This document shows positions 6,892-15,874 of a DNA stretch of 64,000 bases, in pieces. The notes beneath the pieces were generated by a model that saw only the letters and a program-made list of their open reading frames with translations, was not told the DNA's origin and did no database searches. Source of the stretch: an uncultured Chloroflexia bacterium (GTDB taxonomy: Bacteria; Chloroflexota; Limnocylindria; Limnocylindrales; CSP1-4); assembly GCA_963705215.1 (NCBI GenBank), contig CAVPJI010000010.1, positions 104,564 through 168,563 on the forward strand. The letters are read 5' to 3'. Position numbers and translations under genes: made by a program. The first letter of the stretch is position 1; every line of letters begins with the position of its first letter.

Positions 6892-9116
6892 TGGGGTACG
6901 GGAGCAACGGGACGATCCTGCGGGTCGACCTGACCCGCGGAACCACCGCCGTCGAGACCTTCGAGGAGTCCTTCTACCGGCGCTATCCCGGCGGGAAGGC
7001 GCTCGCTGCGTACCACCTCCTGCGCGAGATGCCGGCCGGGGCGGATCCCCTGGGTCCCGACAACGTCCTCGTGCTCGCGACCGGCCTCCTGACCGGCGCG
7101 CCCGTCTCCACGGCGACGCGCTTCAATGCCATCGCCCGGTCGCCCCTCACCGGCGCCTTCGGCGAATCGGAGGCCGGCGGCTACTGGGGCCCCGAGCTGA
7201 AGATGGCCGGGCTCGACGCGATCATCCTCACCGGGCGGTCACCGGAGCCCGTCTGGCTCTGGATCCGCGACGGCGTGGCCGAGATCCGCGACGCGCGGAC
7301 GCTCTGGGGCCAGGACCCGCCGACGGTGCAGGCCGCCATCAAGGCCGCAGTCGGCGAGAAGAGCGCGCGGGTGCTCCAGATCGGCCGCGCCGGCGAGAAC
7401 CTCGTCCCCTACGCGATGCTCATGAACGAGCTGCGCCACTACAACGGCCGCACCGGGATGGGCGCCGTCATGGGCTCCAAGAACGTGCGGGCGATCGCGG
7501 TGAAGGGCTCGCGAAGGTACCTCGAGCTGGCCCACGACCCGGGGGCCCTCGGGGCGATCGGCAAGCGCCTCGCGGGGGAGATCGCCGACCACCCCCAGGG
7601 CTGGGACCTGCGGACGAAGGGAACGCCGGGCCTGACCGACGGCCTCAACGCCGGCGGCATCCTGCCGACGCGCAACTTCCGGCTGGGGTCGTTCGAGCAG
7701 GTCGAAGGGATCGGCTGGGCGGCCTACGAGGCCATCCGCAGCGGCACCCGCACCTGCTACCTGTGCGCCGTCCGCTGCAAGCCGGAGACCGCGTTCTCCG
7801 GGCGCTACACGGTCACCGACACCTACGACGGGCCGGAGTACGAGGGGATCGCCGGCTTCGGCTCCAACTGCGCGATCTTCGACCTCCAGCTGGTGGCCAG
7901 GGCCAACGAGCTGTGCAACGAGCTGGGCCTCGACGTCATCTCGACCGCGGGCACCGTCGCCTTCGTCATGGAGTGCGTGGAGCACGGCCTCCTCGGGCCC
8001 GCGGACCTCGGGGGCGTGGACCTGCGGTTCGGCAACGGCGAGGCGCTTCTCGACACGATCCCGCTCATCGCCGAGCGCCAGGGGATCGGCGAGCTGCTGG
8101 CCCTCGGATCGCGGCGGATCGCCGAACAGGTCGGCGGCGAGGCGATCTCCTTCGCCATGCAGGTCAAGGGCCTCGAGATGGCGATGCACGAGCCGCGTGG
8201 CAAGGTCGGCGTGGCCCTCGGCTACGCCACCAACGAGGCCGGGGCGGACCATCTCGTCGGCTTCCACGACGGCGTCTTCGTCAACCCCAAATCGGTCTCG
8301 TTCAAGGGCGCCACGAAGATCGGGATCACCGAGCCGGCCGACGTCTTCGACCTCGGTGAGACGAAGGTCCGCAACTGGTACACCGCGGAGCGCTGGAACA
8401 GCGCCGAGAAGGTCCTGGGCCTCTGCTTCTTCGGCCCGGCCCCGCGCTCCTTCATCCAGGTCGACGACGTGGTGGGCGCCGTGCGTGCCGCGACCGGCTG
8501 GGATGTCACGGTGGACGAGCTCCTCGACGTGGGCGAGCGGGCGGTCAACCTGGCCCGGCTCTTCAACGTCCGGGAGGGCTTCTCGCGGGCCGACGACCGG
8601 CTGCCCGGCCGGCTCCACGAGCCGCTCGAAGGCGGGACGCTGACGGGGCGCTCGATCGACCGCGAGGCGTTCGAGGCGGCGGTCACCCGGCTCTTCGAGC
8701 TCAAGGGCTGGGATCCGGCGACCGGTGTGCCGACGCCGGAGCGGCTGCGCACCCTGGGCCTCGACTCGGCCGCGGACCGGGTGGCGCTCGGGGGTGCCGC
8801 GCCCGGGGGTGCCGCGCCCGGGGGTGCCGCGCATCGGGGGTGCCGCGCTCGGGGCGCCAGGCGGATCCGTCGAGGCCCTGTGAAGGTCCATCTCTGGGGC
8901 GAGCTCGGCTTCTACGGCCCCGAGCGGCGGAGCCGGTTCGAGGTCCGGCTCGACGCCGAGCTGCCCCTGCGCGAGGTCCTGCGCCTGATCGGGGTGCCAG
9001 AGGCCGAGGTCGCGGTTGTGGGGCTCAACGGCGAGGTGGTCCGGCTCGACGACCCGTCCCTCGTCGTCCGCGACGCGGACCGCCTCGACCTCTTCCCGGC
9101 GACGAGCGGAGGCTGA
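6888..9116 (+). CDS. aor: Tungsten-containing aldehyde:ferredoxin oxidoreductase (AOR family). It runs in frame through a Gly/Ala/Pro repeat linker into a C-terminal MoaD/ThiS-like beta-grasp domain ending in Gly-Gly.
   Basis: MMGYGSNGTILRVDLTRG…, CYLCAVRCKP (4Fe-4S Cys motif), and the full-length AOR fold through …GVPTPERLRTLGLD. There is no stop codon before the linker GGAAPGGAAPGGAAHRG and the 79-aa tail. Confidence 0.9.
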   Translation: MMGYGSNGTILRVDLTRGTTAVETFEESFYRRYPGGKALAAYHLLREMPAGADPLGPDNVLVLATGLLTGAPVSTATRFNAIARSPLTGAFGESEAGGYWGPELKMAGLDAIILTGRSPEPVWLWIRDGVAEIRDARTLWGQDPPTVQAAIKAAVGEKSARVLQIGRAGENLVPYAMLMNELRHYNGRTGMGAVMGSKNVRAIAVKGSRRYLELAHDPGALGAIGKRLAGEIADHPQGWDLRTKGTPGLTDGLNAGGILPTRNFRLGSFEQVEGIGWAAYEAIRSGTRTCYLCAVRCKPETAFSGRYTVTDTYDGPEYEGIAGFGSNCAIFDLQLVARANELCNELGLDVISTAGTVAFVMECVEHGLLGPADLGGVDLRFGNGEALLDTIPLIAERQGIGELLALGSRRIAEQVGGEAISFAMQVKGLEMAMHEPRGKVGVALGYATNEAGADHLVGFHDGVFVNPKSVSFKGATKIGITEPADVFDLGETKVRNWYTAERWNSAEKVLGLCFFGPAPRSFIQVDDVVGAVRAATGWDVTVDELLDVGERAVNLARLFNVREGFSRADDRLPGRLHEPLEGGTLTGRSIDREAFEAAVTRLFELKGWDPATGVPTPERLRTLGLDSAADRVALGGAAPGGAAPGGAAHRGCRARGARRIRRGPVKVHLWGELGFYGPERRSRFEVRLDAELPLREVLRLIGVPEAEVAVVGLNGEVVRLDDPSLVVRDADRLDLFPATSGG
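8791..8850 (+). repeat. About 4 tandem copies of a 15-bp unit (GGGGGTGCCGCGCCC) encoding the (GGAAP)n linker between the AOR and MoaD-like parts.
   Basis: Seen directly: gggggtgccgcgccc gggggtgccgcgccc gggggtgccgcgcat cgggggtgccgcgct. Confidence 0.8.
8880..9116 (+). other. MoaD/ThiS-like sulfur-carrier domain (VKVHLWGELG…LFPATSGG*). It has an in-frame GTG that could also act as an independent start.
   Basis: It is 79 aa and ends exactly in GG before the stop. The beta-grasp pattern (V..NGE.V…D.L…P..GG) is like MoaD/AorD. Confidence 0.6.
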
Positions 9117-9395
9117 CCGGGCGGAGCGTCGGCCAAAGCCGCCGACCCACCTTGCGCTGAACGCAACACCCCGCGGCCCGGCGGTCAGCTCACGTCCGCC
9201 CACGGGTCCCCACGGCAGGATCCTTGCCTTGGCCAACCGCTTTCCTGCCGTCGCCATCCTCAGGACCAGGCCGGGCTGTCCGGAGGGCAGCCTTCTTGCG
9301 CCTGACCTGCGAGAACCTGCTGGGCGAACGTGACCGCCTGCGCGGTGTTGCGTTGAACGCAACCCCGACCGGCGCGGGGGGGTGCCGGGCCAGAG
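9107..9395. repeat. Dispersed repeat copy A (about 290 bp), immediately after the AOR stop. The terminal palindromes are TTGCGCTGAACGCAA and GTTGCGTTGAACGCAAC, and there is an internal near-palindrome GGCAGGATCCTTGCC.
   Basis: Near-identical to 10250..10541 over about 290 bp in direct orientation. The ends are TTGCG-N5-CGCAA palindromes. Confidence 0.85.
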
Positions 9396-9488
9396 TCGGC
9401 GCCGGGCACGAGGCGGCGCCGCGGATCACGCTCGGACAGTCAACTCGCCGTTGAGTCGCATGTAAGTGACGCCACCCACAATGGCTGC

Positions 9489-10142
9489 GTGGCATCGATC
9501 GAGCGCCTCATGGACCGCGCCAACCAGCGCGCCGACGCGGCCATTCGCGGGGCGGGCCGGGAGATCCGCATTGCCCGCCGGGATCGGAACCTCAGCCTCG
9601 ACCGAGCCGGGGCGGCCGCAGGCATCTCCGCTGCGGCGACGAGCCGGATCGAACGCGGGCTCGCTCCGGAGGTGTCAGTCCTGAGGTTGACGCAGCTCGC
9701 CGAGGTTGTCGGCCTCGAGCTGTCTCTGCGCCTCTTCGCAGGCGGTTCCCCCATCCGCGACGAGGTCCACGCTTCACTCCTGGGGCGCTGTCGTGACGGA
9801 ATACACCCCAGCCTCCGATGGTCCATCGAGGTGCCGCTCCCGAACCTGGGTGATGACCGGGCATGGGACGCGATGGTGTCGGGTCCCGGCTGGCGGTACG
9901 GCGTCGAGGCGGAGACGGCTCCTCGCGACGTGCAGGCTCTATCCAGGCGCCTTGCGCTCAAGCTCCGCGACGGTGACGTGGATGGCATCATCCTCGTTCT
10001 TCCACGCACTCGACGGGTCCGCGAGTTCCTCGCCGCGAGCCGCGGAATGCTGGCCGAGGCGTTCCCGATCCCGGGAACAGTCGCTCTGGCTCGATTGAAG
10101 GACGGGCTCGACCCCGGCGGCAGCTCGATCATCCTTATCTGA
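9489..10142 (+). CDS. XRE-family helix-turn-helix transcriptional regulator with an uncharacterised C-terminal domain of about 140 aa.
   Basis: IRIARRDRNLSLDRAGAAAGISAAATSRIERG is an HTH_XRE motif. The C-terminal region (WRYGVEAETAPRD…DGIILVLPRTRR) matches no domain I can name. GTG start. Confidence 0.7.
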   Translation: MASIERLMDRANQRADAAIRGAGREIRIARRDRNLSLDRAGAAAGISAAATSRIERGLAPEVSVLRLTQLAEVVGLELSLRLFAGGSPIRDEVHASLLGRCRDGIHPSLRWSIEVPLPNLGDDRAWDAMVSGPGWRYGVEAETAPRDVQALSRRLALKLRDGDVDGIILVLPRTRRVREFLAASRGMLAEAFPIPGTVALARLKDGLDPGGSSIILI

Positions 10143-10249
10143 CGGGCAGGGCGACGCGCACCGAGTGGTGGGGCGACGCGCACCAAGGACGGGGCACCTC
10201 CCGCTGGCGTTCCCGCCCGCTGATCCGCCCGACCCGTGTCCTGCGGCAA

Positions 10250-10541
10250 CGGAGGCTGACCGGGCGGAGCGTCCGCGGCACGTGGGCCAAGCCGCCGACC
10301 CACCTTGCGCTCAACGCAACACCCCGCGGCCCGGCGGTCAGCTCACATCCGCCCACGGGTCCCCACGGCAGGATCCTTGCCTTGGCCAACCGCTTTCCTG
10401 CCGTCGCCATCCTCAGGACCAGGCCGGGCTGTCCGGAGGGCAGCCTTCTTGCGCCTGACCTGCGAGAACCTGCTGGGCGAACGTGACCGCCTGCGCGGTG
10501 TTGCGTTGAACGCAACCCCGACCGGCGCGGGGGGTGCCGGG
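10250..10541. repeat. Dispersed repeat copy B, a direct repeat of copy A, between the XRE stop and the moeA 3' end.
   Basis: The same about 290-bp sequence as 9107..9395, with a few mismatches. Confidence 0.85.
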
Positions 10542-10595
10542 TCGACCGGCCGGCCCCAGACCACCCGCAGGGTCAGGCGTCCCGAACCGCGAGCG

Positions 10596-11871
10596 TCAGG
10601 CGTCGAGTCCGCGAAGCACCCAGGCGACGGTCTCCGCGCCCGCCGGGAGGTCGACGTCCGGCGGGATGAACAGCATGCCGTTCGCAAGCGAGAGCGAGGC
10701 CAGCATGTAGGAGTCCTGGCCACCCGACGAGCGGGCGACGAGCCCGTCCGGGCGGTCCGGGTCAGGTGCCAGGGCGACGCGGGCGACGGTGATCCGGCCG
10801 TCGGACCCCCGCATCGGCTCGGTGAGACGGACGATGCGTTCCGGCCGGTCGAACGCCCGCGCATGGCCGGCCAGCAGGCGCAGGACGGGCCGCACGAAGA
10901 GCTCGAACGTGACGAAGACGCTCACCGGGTTCCCGGGAAGCCCGAAGAGGCGGACGGATCGACCGCCGACGGTCGCCCGGGCGAACGCGAACGGGCGTCC
11001 CGGCTTGATCGCGACCCGCCAGACGTCCAGCGTCCCGACGTCGGAGAACGCGGCCTTGACATGGTCGTGCGCGCCCACGCTGACGCCGCCGCTGAGGATG
11101 ACGACGTCGGCCCAGGCCACGCCCTCGCGGACGAGCGCGAGCAGGTCGGGCAGCGTGTCGCGCGCGACGCCGAGCCGGCGCACCTCGGCGCCCGCGTCGG
11201 CCGCCTGCGCTGCGAGCGCGTACGAGTTGGAGTCGTGGATCTGGGCCGGCCCCAGCGGCTGACCGGGCGGAACGAGCTCGTCGCCGGTGGAGATCACCGC
11301 GACGCGCGGCCGGCGGTGAACCGTCACCGTGGCGTGCCCGGTGGCCGCGAGGAGCGCGATGGCCGCCGGATCGCAGGCCCGGCCGCGATCGAGGAGGGCG
11401 GCGCCGGCGACCACGTCGGTACCGGGGAGGCGCACGTTGGCACCCCGGCGCAGGGCGGCGCAGGATCGCGACCGAAGCGGGGATCTCCGAGGCGCCGGCC
11501 GACGCATCCGTGTCTTCGACGGGCACCACGACGTCGGCGCCGGGCGGCATCATCGCGCCGGTCATGATCCGGAGCGCCGTCCCGGGCACGACCTCCCCGT
11601 CCGGGGTCCGGCCGGCGGGCACCTCGCCGAGAACCCGGAGGACGACCGGATGGCCGGGGCCCGCCGCGGCGATGTCCTCGAAACGGGCCGCGAAGCCGTC
11701 CATGGCGCTGTTCGTCCACGAGGGAACCGTCAGCTCCGAACGGACCGGGCCGGCCAGGACGAGGCCTGCGGCGTGGGCGAGGTCGACGACCTCCACGGGG
11801 AGCGGTTCGATCCCGTCGAACACCCGGCGCTGGGCCTCGGCGAGTGGGATCAGGTCCGGAAGATCGGGCAT
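10596..11871 (-). pseudogene. moeA: Molybdopterin molybdenum/tungsten-transferase MoeA, disrupted by a 10-bp tandem duplication (about 11445-11464; CCGGCGCAGG/GCGGCGCAGG on the plus strand).
   Basis: The N-terminal MoeA part is in ORF 10762..11871 and the C-terminal part (…VAVISTGDELV…GGVSVG…LPGNPVS…) is in ORF 10596..11507. Removing one 10-bp copy restores …SVAILRRGANVRLPGTDV…. Confidence 0.8.
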
Positions 11872-11897
11872 GAGACGTCTCCTTGCGCTGGACCGGG

Positions 11898-13541
11898 TCA
11901 GCGGCGCCGGCGCCCGGACCGGCCGAACAAAGTCCCGAAGACCCCCCGGATCAGGCCGCCGCCGATGTCCTCGATCATGTCCGCCTGGCGCTTCGCCGCC
12001 CGCTCGGCCTCCCGTCGATCGGCGGCCTCCTCGCGCTCACGCTCGCGATCGGCGGCCTTGGCCTGGCGCTCGGCGTCGCGGCGGACTCGCTCCAGCTCGC
12101 GGGCGCGAGCCTCGATGGCCCGCCGTTCCTGAGCGGGGGTCGGGGCAGCCACGCCAGGCGCGCCGGTGGCGCCCACTATGGCCGCCTTCGCGGCCGCAAG
12201 GCGCGCCGAGAGGATCTCGTGGGCGCTCTCACGGTCGATCGGCGCGGCGTACGTGGAGTACAGCGAGCCGGCGCTGATCCGGCGCTCCATCTCGTCGGGC
12301 GGGATCGCCGCCATCAGCGAGTCCGGGGGGACCAGGCGCGTCGGCGCGAGGGGCGTCGGCACGCCCCGTGGGGACAGCACGGTGACGAGCGCCTCGCCCG
12401 TGCCCAGCGACATGATCACCTGGCCGGCGTCGAAGTAGTCGGTCATCGGGAAGGTGCGGACGGTCTTCTTGAGGTTGTCGGCGTCCTCCGGCGTGAACAC
12501 GCGCAGGGCGTGCTGGACGCGGTTGCCGAGCTGGGCGAGGACCGAGGAGGGCACGTCGGTCGGCACCTGGGTCACGAAGTAGACGCCCACGCCCTTCGAC
12601 CGGATGAGCCGGACGGTGCGCTCCACCTGGTCGAGGAGTGCCTTGCTGGCGTCGTCGAAGAGGAGGTGGGCCTCGTCGAAGAAGAAGGCCAGCTTCGGCT
12701 TCGGCAGGTCGCCGGCCTCGGGGAGGGCCTCGTAGAGCTGGGCGAGCATCCAGAGCATGAACGTGCTGAACAGGACGGGCTTGTCCATCACGTCGGACAG
12801 CTCGAGGACGCTGATGATCCCCTGCCCCGCCGGCGTCGTCCGCATGAGGTCCTCGACCTCGAACTCGGGCTCGCCGAAGAAGACGTCGGCGCCCTGCTGC
12901 TCGAGGCCGACGATCGAGCGGAGGATGACGCCCAGCGTCGCCGGGCCGATCCCGCCGTAGTCCTCCAGGACCACCTTGCCCTCGTCCGAGCCGAGGAACT
13001 TGAGGGTGGTGCGCAGGTCGTCGAGGTCGAGCAGGGCGAGGTCGTGGTCGTCGCAGTACTTGAACACGAGCGCGAGCACGCTGGTCTGGGTCTCGTTGAG
13101 GTCCAGGACCTTGCCCAGGAGCAGCGGCCCGAACGAGTGCACGGTGGCCCGGACCTGCGCGCCGAGCTTGCCGGTGAGCGACAGGAGCTCGATGGGGTGG
13201 CCGTCCGGCTTGAAGTCCCAGCCGAGGTCCTTCGCGCGCGCCTGGACCTTCGGGTTCGCGGCGTCGCCGGGGAGGGCGAGGCCGGTCAGGTCGCCCTTGA
13301 TGTCGGCCACGAGCACGGGCACGCCGGCGGCCGAGAGCTGGCCCGCCATCAGCTGGAGGGTCTTGGTCTTGCCGGTGCCGGTGGCACCCGCGATCAGGCC
13401 GTGGCGGTTGACCATCGAGAGGGCGAGCTGGACGCGCACGTCCGGCATCGCCGTGGTCCCGTCCATCGGCGCGCCCAGGATCAGCGACGGCTCGTCGAGA
13501 GCGTAGCCCGTCGTCATCGCGTCGTGGAACGTCTGGGCCAT
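11898..13541 (-). CDS. DUF853 / YjgR-family HerA-like P-loop ATPase.
   Basis: NRHGLIAGATGTGKTKTLQ (Walker A), KPKLAFFFDEAHLLF (Walker B), GVGVYFVTQVPTDVP…LGNRVQHALRVFTP. Collinear with E. coli YjgR. Start at MAQTFHD. Confidence 0.85.
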   Translation of the reverse strand: MAQTFHDAMTTGYALDEPSLILGAPMDGTTAMPDVRVQLALSMVNRHGLIAGATGTGKTKTLQLMAGQLSAAGVPVLVADIKGDLTGLALPGDAANPKVQARAKDLGWDFKPDGHPIELLSLTGKLGAQVRATVHSFGPLLLGKVLDLNETQTSVLALVFKYCDDHDLALLDLDDLRTTLKFLGSDEGKVVLEDYGGIGPATLGVILRSIVGLEQQGADVFFGEPEFEVEDLMRTTPAGQGIISVLELSDVMDKPVLFSTFMLWMLAQLYEALPEAGDLPKPKLAFFFDEAHLLFDDASKALLDQVERTVRLIRSKGVGVYFVTQVPTDVPSSVLAQLGNRVQHALRVFTPEDADNLKKTVRTFPMTDYFDAGQVIMSLGTGEALVTVLSPRGVPTPLAPTRLVPPDSLMAAIPPDEMERRISAGSLYSTYAAPIDRESAHEILSARLAAAKAAIVGATGAPGVAAPTPAQERRAIEARARELERVRRDAERQAKAADREREREEAADRREAERAAKRQADMIEDIGGGLIRGVFGTLFGRSGRRRR

Positions 13542-13742
13542 CGGTCTGCTCTCCCCTGCGTGCCGGCGTTCCCCGGGCCCGCGGCGGCGGCCCCACCGAT
13601 CCATCGGACCCCCGGTCCGCCTTGACCCGCTACGGCACGCCTATCATCGCGCACTCGGCCGCGAACGTGGACCGCGCGGTACCAGGCCGGGCGAACGAGG
13701 CCGGGCGTTGTGCCGCGAGTGCCGCGCGTGCCGCGCCGCCTG

Positions 13743-14612
13743 CTACCGGTCTGCGGTCGGCGGTGCGCCGTTCGGGGGGATCGGCTCGGTCGGGAACTCC
13801 GGCGCAGGGACCTCGTTCGGAGGGCGGGCCTCGTTCGGAGCCGAGGTTCCGTTGGGCGCCGGTGGCTGGTCGGGCGTTGCCGGAGAGTCGGGCGCCGCGG
13901 CGTCGGCGGGCGAGATCGGCGCCGTCGGCCCGGGTGCGTCGGTGAGGGGAGTCGGCTCCGTGGGCGCAGTCCTCGCACCGCGACGCCGCAGCGCGATCGC
14001 GGCCGCCACGAGCAGTCCGACGCCCACGAGGAGGAGTGCGAGGAGCGCGAGCCCTCCGTTCGACCCGTCGCCCGAGCCTTCGGCGGGCGGCGGCGACGGG
14101 ATTGGCGTGACGTCGACGGTCTGGGCCGGGGTTGGCGCCGGGCTGGGTGTGGGCGACGGGCTCGGCGAAGGCGAAGCCGTCGGCGACGGCGTGGCGGTCG
14201 GGCTCGCCGTCGGCACAGGCGTTGGCGTGGACGGGGTGGGCGAGGGACTCGCCGTCGGAACAGGCGTTGGCGTCGGTGTCGCTGTCGGCGCTGGCGTTGG
14301 GGTCGGCGTCGCCGTCGGCGCTGCGGTCGGCGCAGCCGTCGGCGTCGGTGTCCGCGTCGGCCTGGGCGTCCGGGCCGGGGTGGGCGCCGGGGTCGGCTCG
14401 ACCGTTGGCGCCGGCGTTGCCTCCGCCGTCGGCGCTGCGGTCGGCTCTGCCGTGGGCGCCGGCGTCGCAACCGGCGGAATCGAGACCGTGGGACGCGGCG
14501 GCAAGGACGGGAGGCCGCTGGGCAGCTCGATCCCGCCGCAGCCGGCGACAAGCGAGGCGAGTACGGCGACCAGCGCGACACCGCGGGCTCCCGCCAGGAT
14601 CCGGCTGCTCAT
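13743..14612 (-). CDS. Lipoprotein with a long Pro/Thr/Ala-rich linker, a C-terminal TM helix and a Pro-rich tail.
   Basis: [27 protein letters not shown] lipobox, about 150 aa of (PTPTPA)n, and [27 protein letters not shown]. The underlying DNA is low-complexity and repetitive. Confidence 0.5.
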   Translation of the reverse strand: MSSRILAGARGVALVAVLASLVAGCGGIELPSGLPSLPPRPTVSIPPVATPAPTAEPTAAPTAEATPAPTVEPTPAPTPARTPRPTRTPTPTAAPTAAPTATPTPTPAPTATPTPTPVPTASPSPTPSTPTPVPTASPTATPSPTASPSPSPSPTPSPAPTPAQTVDVTPIPSPPPAEGSGDGSNGGLALLALLLVGVGLLVAAAIALRRRGARTAPTEPTPLTDAPGPTAPISPADAAAPDSPATPDQPPAPNGTSAPNEARPPNEVPAPEFPTEPIPPNGAPPTADR

Positions 14613-14689
14613 GACCACGCGTGACCTCCCGTGACGAAGGGGCGACGGACGCCCCGCAAGACGCGAGGCCGGCGCCTCGCGTCCGGTGC

Positions 14690-15142
14690 CTACTGCGTCG
14701 CGGGGCAGCCGATCTGGCTCTGCACCTCGGCGAAGGCGGTCTTCACGTCCGCGCCCGCTGCCTTGGCGGCATCGACCTGCTCCTGGGTGGGCGCGTTCTG
14801 GTCGATGGCGCCCAAGGCGGCCTCGAAGGTCGTCCAGGACTCCACGAGCGCGGCTTCGCCCGGCACGTCGACGAACTCCAGGCTGGTCGCGACGGCGGTG
14901 TAGGTCCCCCGCAGGCGGTTGACCTGGGGGGCGAGGTTCGAGGCGCCGATGGCCACCACGTCCACGCCCTCGAACTGGAACACGGCGTCGGCGAAGGCGC
15001 TCATCGCGGCGCAGGCGGCGGCCTCCGCTGGGGGCAGCGTTGGCGCTCCGGGTGTGCTGGAGGAACCTCCGGAGCAGGCGGCGGTCCCGAGCACGAGGGC
15101 GGCCGTGGCGACGACCAGGGTAAGCCGGGATCGGAGGGACAT
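14690..15142 (-). CDS. Small secreted lipoprotein (about 150 aa), paralogue of the next gene.
   Basis: [26 protein letters not shown] lipobox. It has a conserved Cys pair (…AACAAM…GCPATQ). Confidence 0.5.
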   Translation of the reverse strand: MSLRSRLTLVVATAALVLGTAACSGGSSSTPGAPTLPPAEAAACAAMSAFADAVFQFEGVDVVAIGASNLAPQVNRLRGTYTAVATSLEFVDVPGEAALVESWTTFEAALGAIDQNAPTQEQVDAAKAAGADVKTAFAEVQSQIGCPATQ

Positions 15143-15305
15143 GGCGAAGCTCCTCAGCGGGCATATCGTCTTCGGCTCGGTAGTGGCCAGAATACAGCCC
15201 CGACCGTGCCGTCGAAGCGCACGACGCCGGGATGCCGGCCGCCGCGCCGATTTCGCTGTCCGGGGCGCGGGCGGTGCGCCCCGGGCATCGTGCGCGGCGC
15301 GAAGC

Positions 15306-15752
15306 CTAGTAGGGCGTCGCGATCTTGCAGCCCATGCCGTCGGCCATCTCCTTGTAGGCGGCCTTGAGCGGGACGGCAGCCGCCTTGACGCCGTTGATGG
15401 CATCGGCGATCGGCACGTCGGAGGGGATGTTCTTGAGCGCCGCCTGGAGGCCGGCCCAGCCGGCCTCGACGGCCGCCTTGTCGGACGCCTTGACGTCGGT
15501 GAGGCTCGCCTGGACGGCGTCCCACGCGGACGCCACGGCGTCGCGCTGGGCGGCGACGTCATCGGCGCTGGCGGTCGCCGGGTCGAGCTCAGCGAACGCG
15601 CGCATCTCGTTGCTCCACGCCTGGAGCGCGGTGCACGTGGCCGCCTCGGCGTCCGGCTGGGGCGAGGGCGTCGCGCCCCCCGAGCAGGCGCCGACGACGA
15701 CGGCGAGCGACAGGGCGCCGATGATGGCCAGGGAGCGTCTCCGAAGGCTCAT
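15306..15752 (-). CDS. Small secreted lipoprotein, paralogue of 14690..15142.
   Basis: MSLRRRSLAIIGALSLAVVVGACSGG. It has the same architecture and the same Cys positions (ATCTAL…GCKIATPY). Confidence 0.5.
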   Translation of the reverse strand: MSLRRRSLAIIGALSLAVVVGACSGGATPSPQPDAEAATCTALQAWSNEMRAFAELDPATASADDVAAQRDAVASAWDAVQASLTDVKASDKAAVEAGWAGLQAALKNIPSDVPIADAINGVKAAAVPLKAAYKEMADGMGCKIATPY

Positions 15753-15874
15753 GGGTGAGCTCCTCATGCTGCAGGTCGGGAAGGGGCCGGCCCTTCTGGG
15801 CGGGGCAAGCGTAGACCGTGGTCGGGAAACGCGGCGTCACCTCGATCGGGTGAACGCATTTCCAGGAGTGGCAG

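Noticed and set aside
8791-8850. CRISPR array (considered for the 15-bp tandem repeats) and for the 69-71 bp array at 55842..56261
   Set aside because: The units are directly tandem without unique spacers and are in-frame coding sequence (linker and repeat protein). No cas genes are present in the window.
7239-9362. 707-aa minus-strand ORF antisense to the AOR gene
   Set aside because: An Arg/Gly/Pro/Ala-rich translation with no motif, lying entirely antisense to a strongly supported gene. This is the typical spurious long ORF of about 70% GC DNA.
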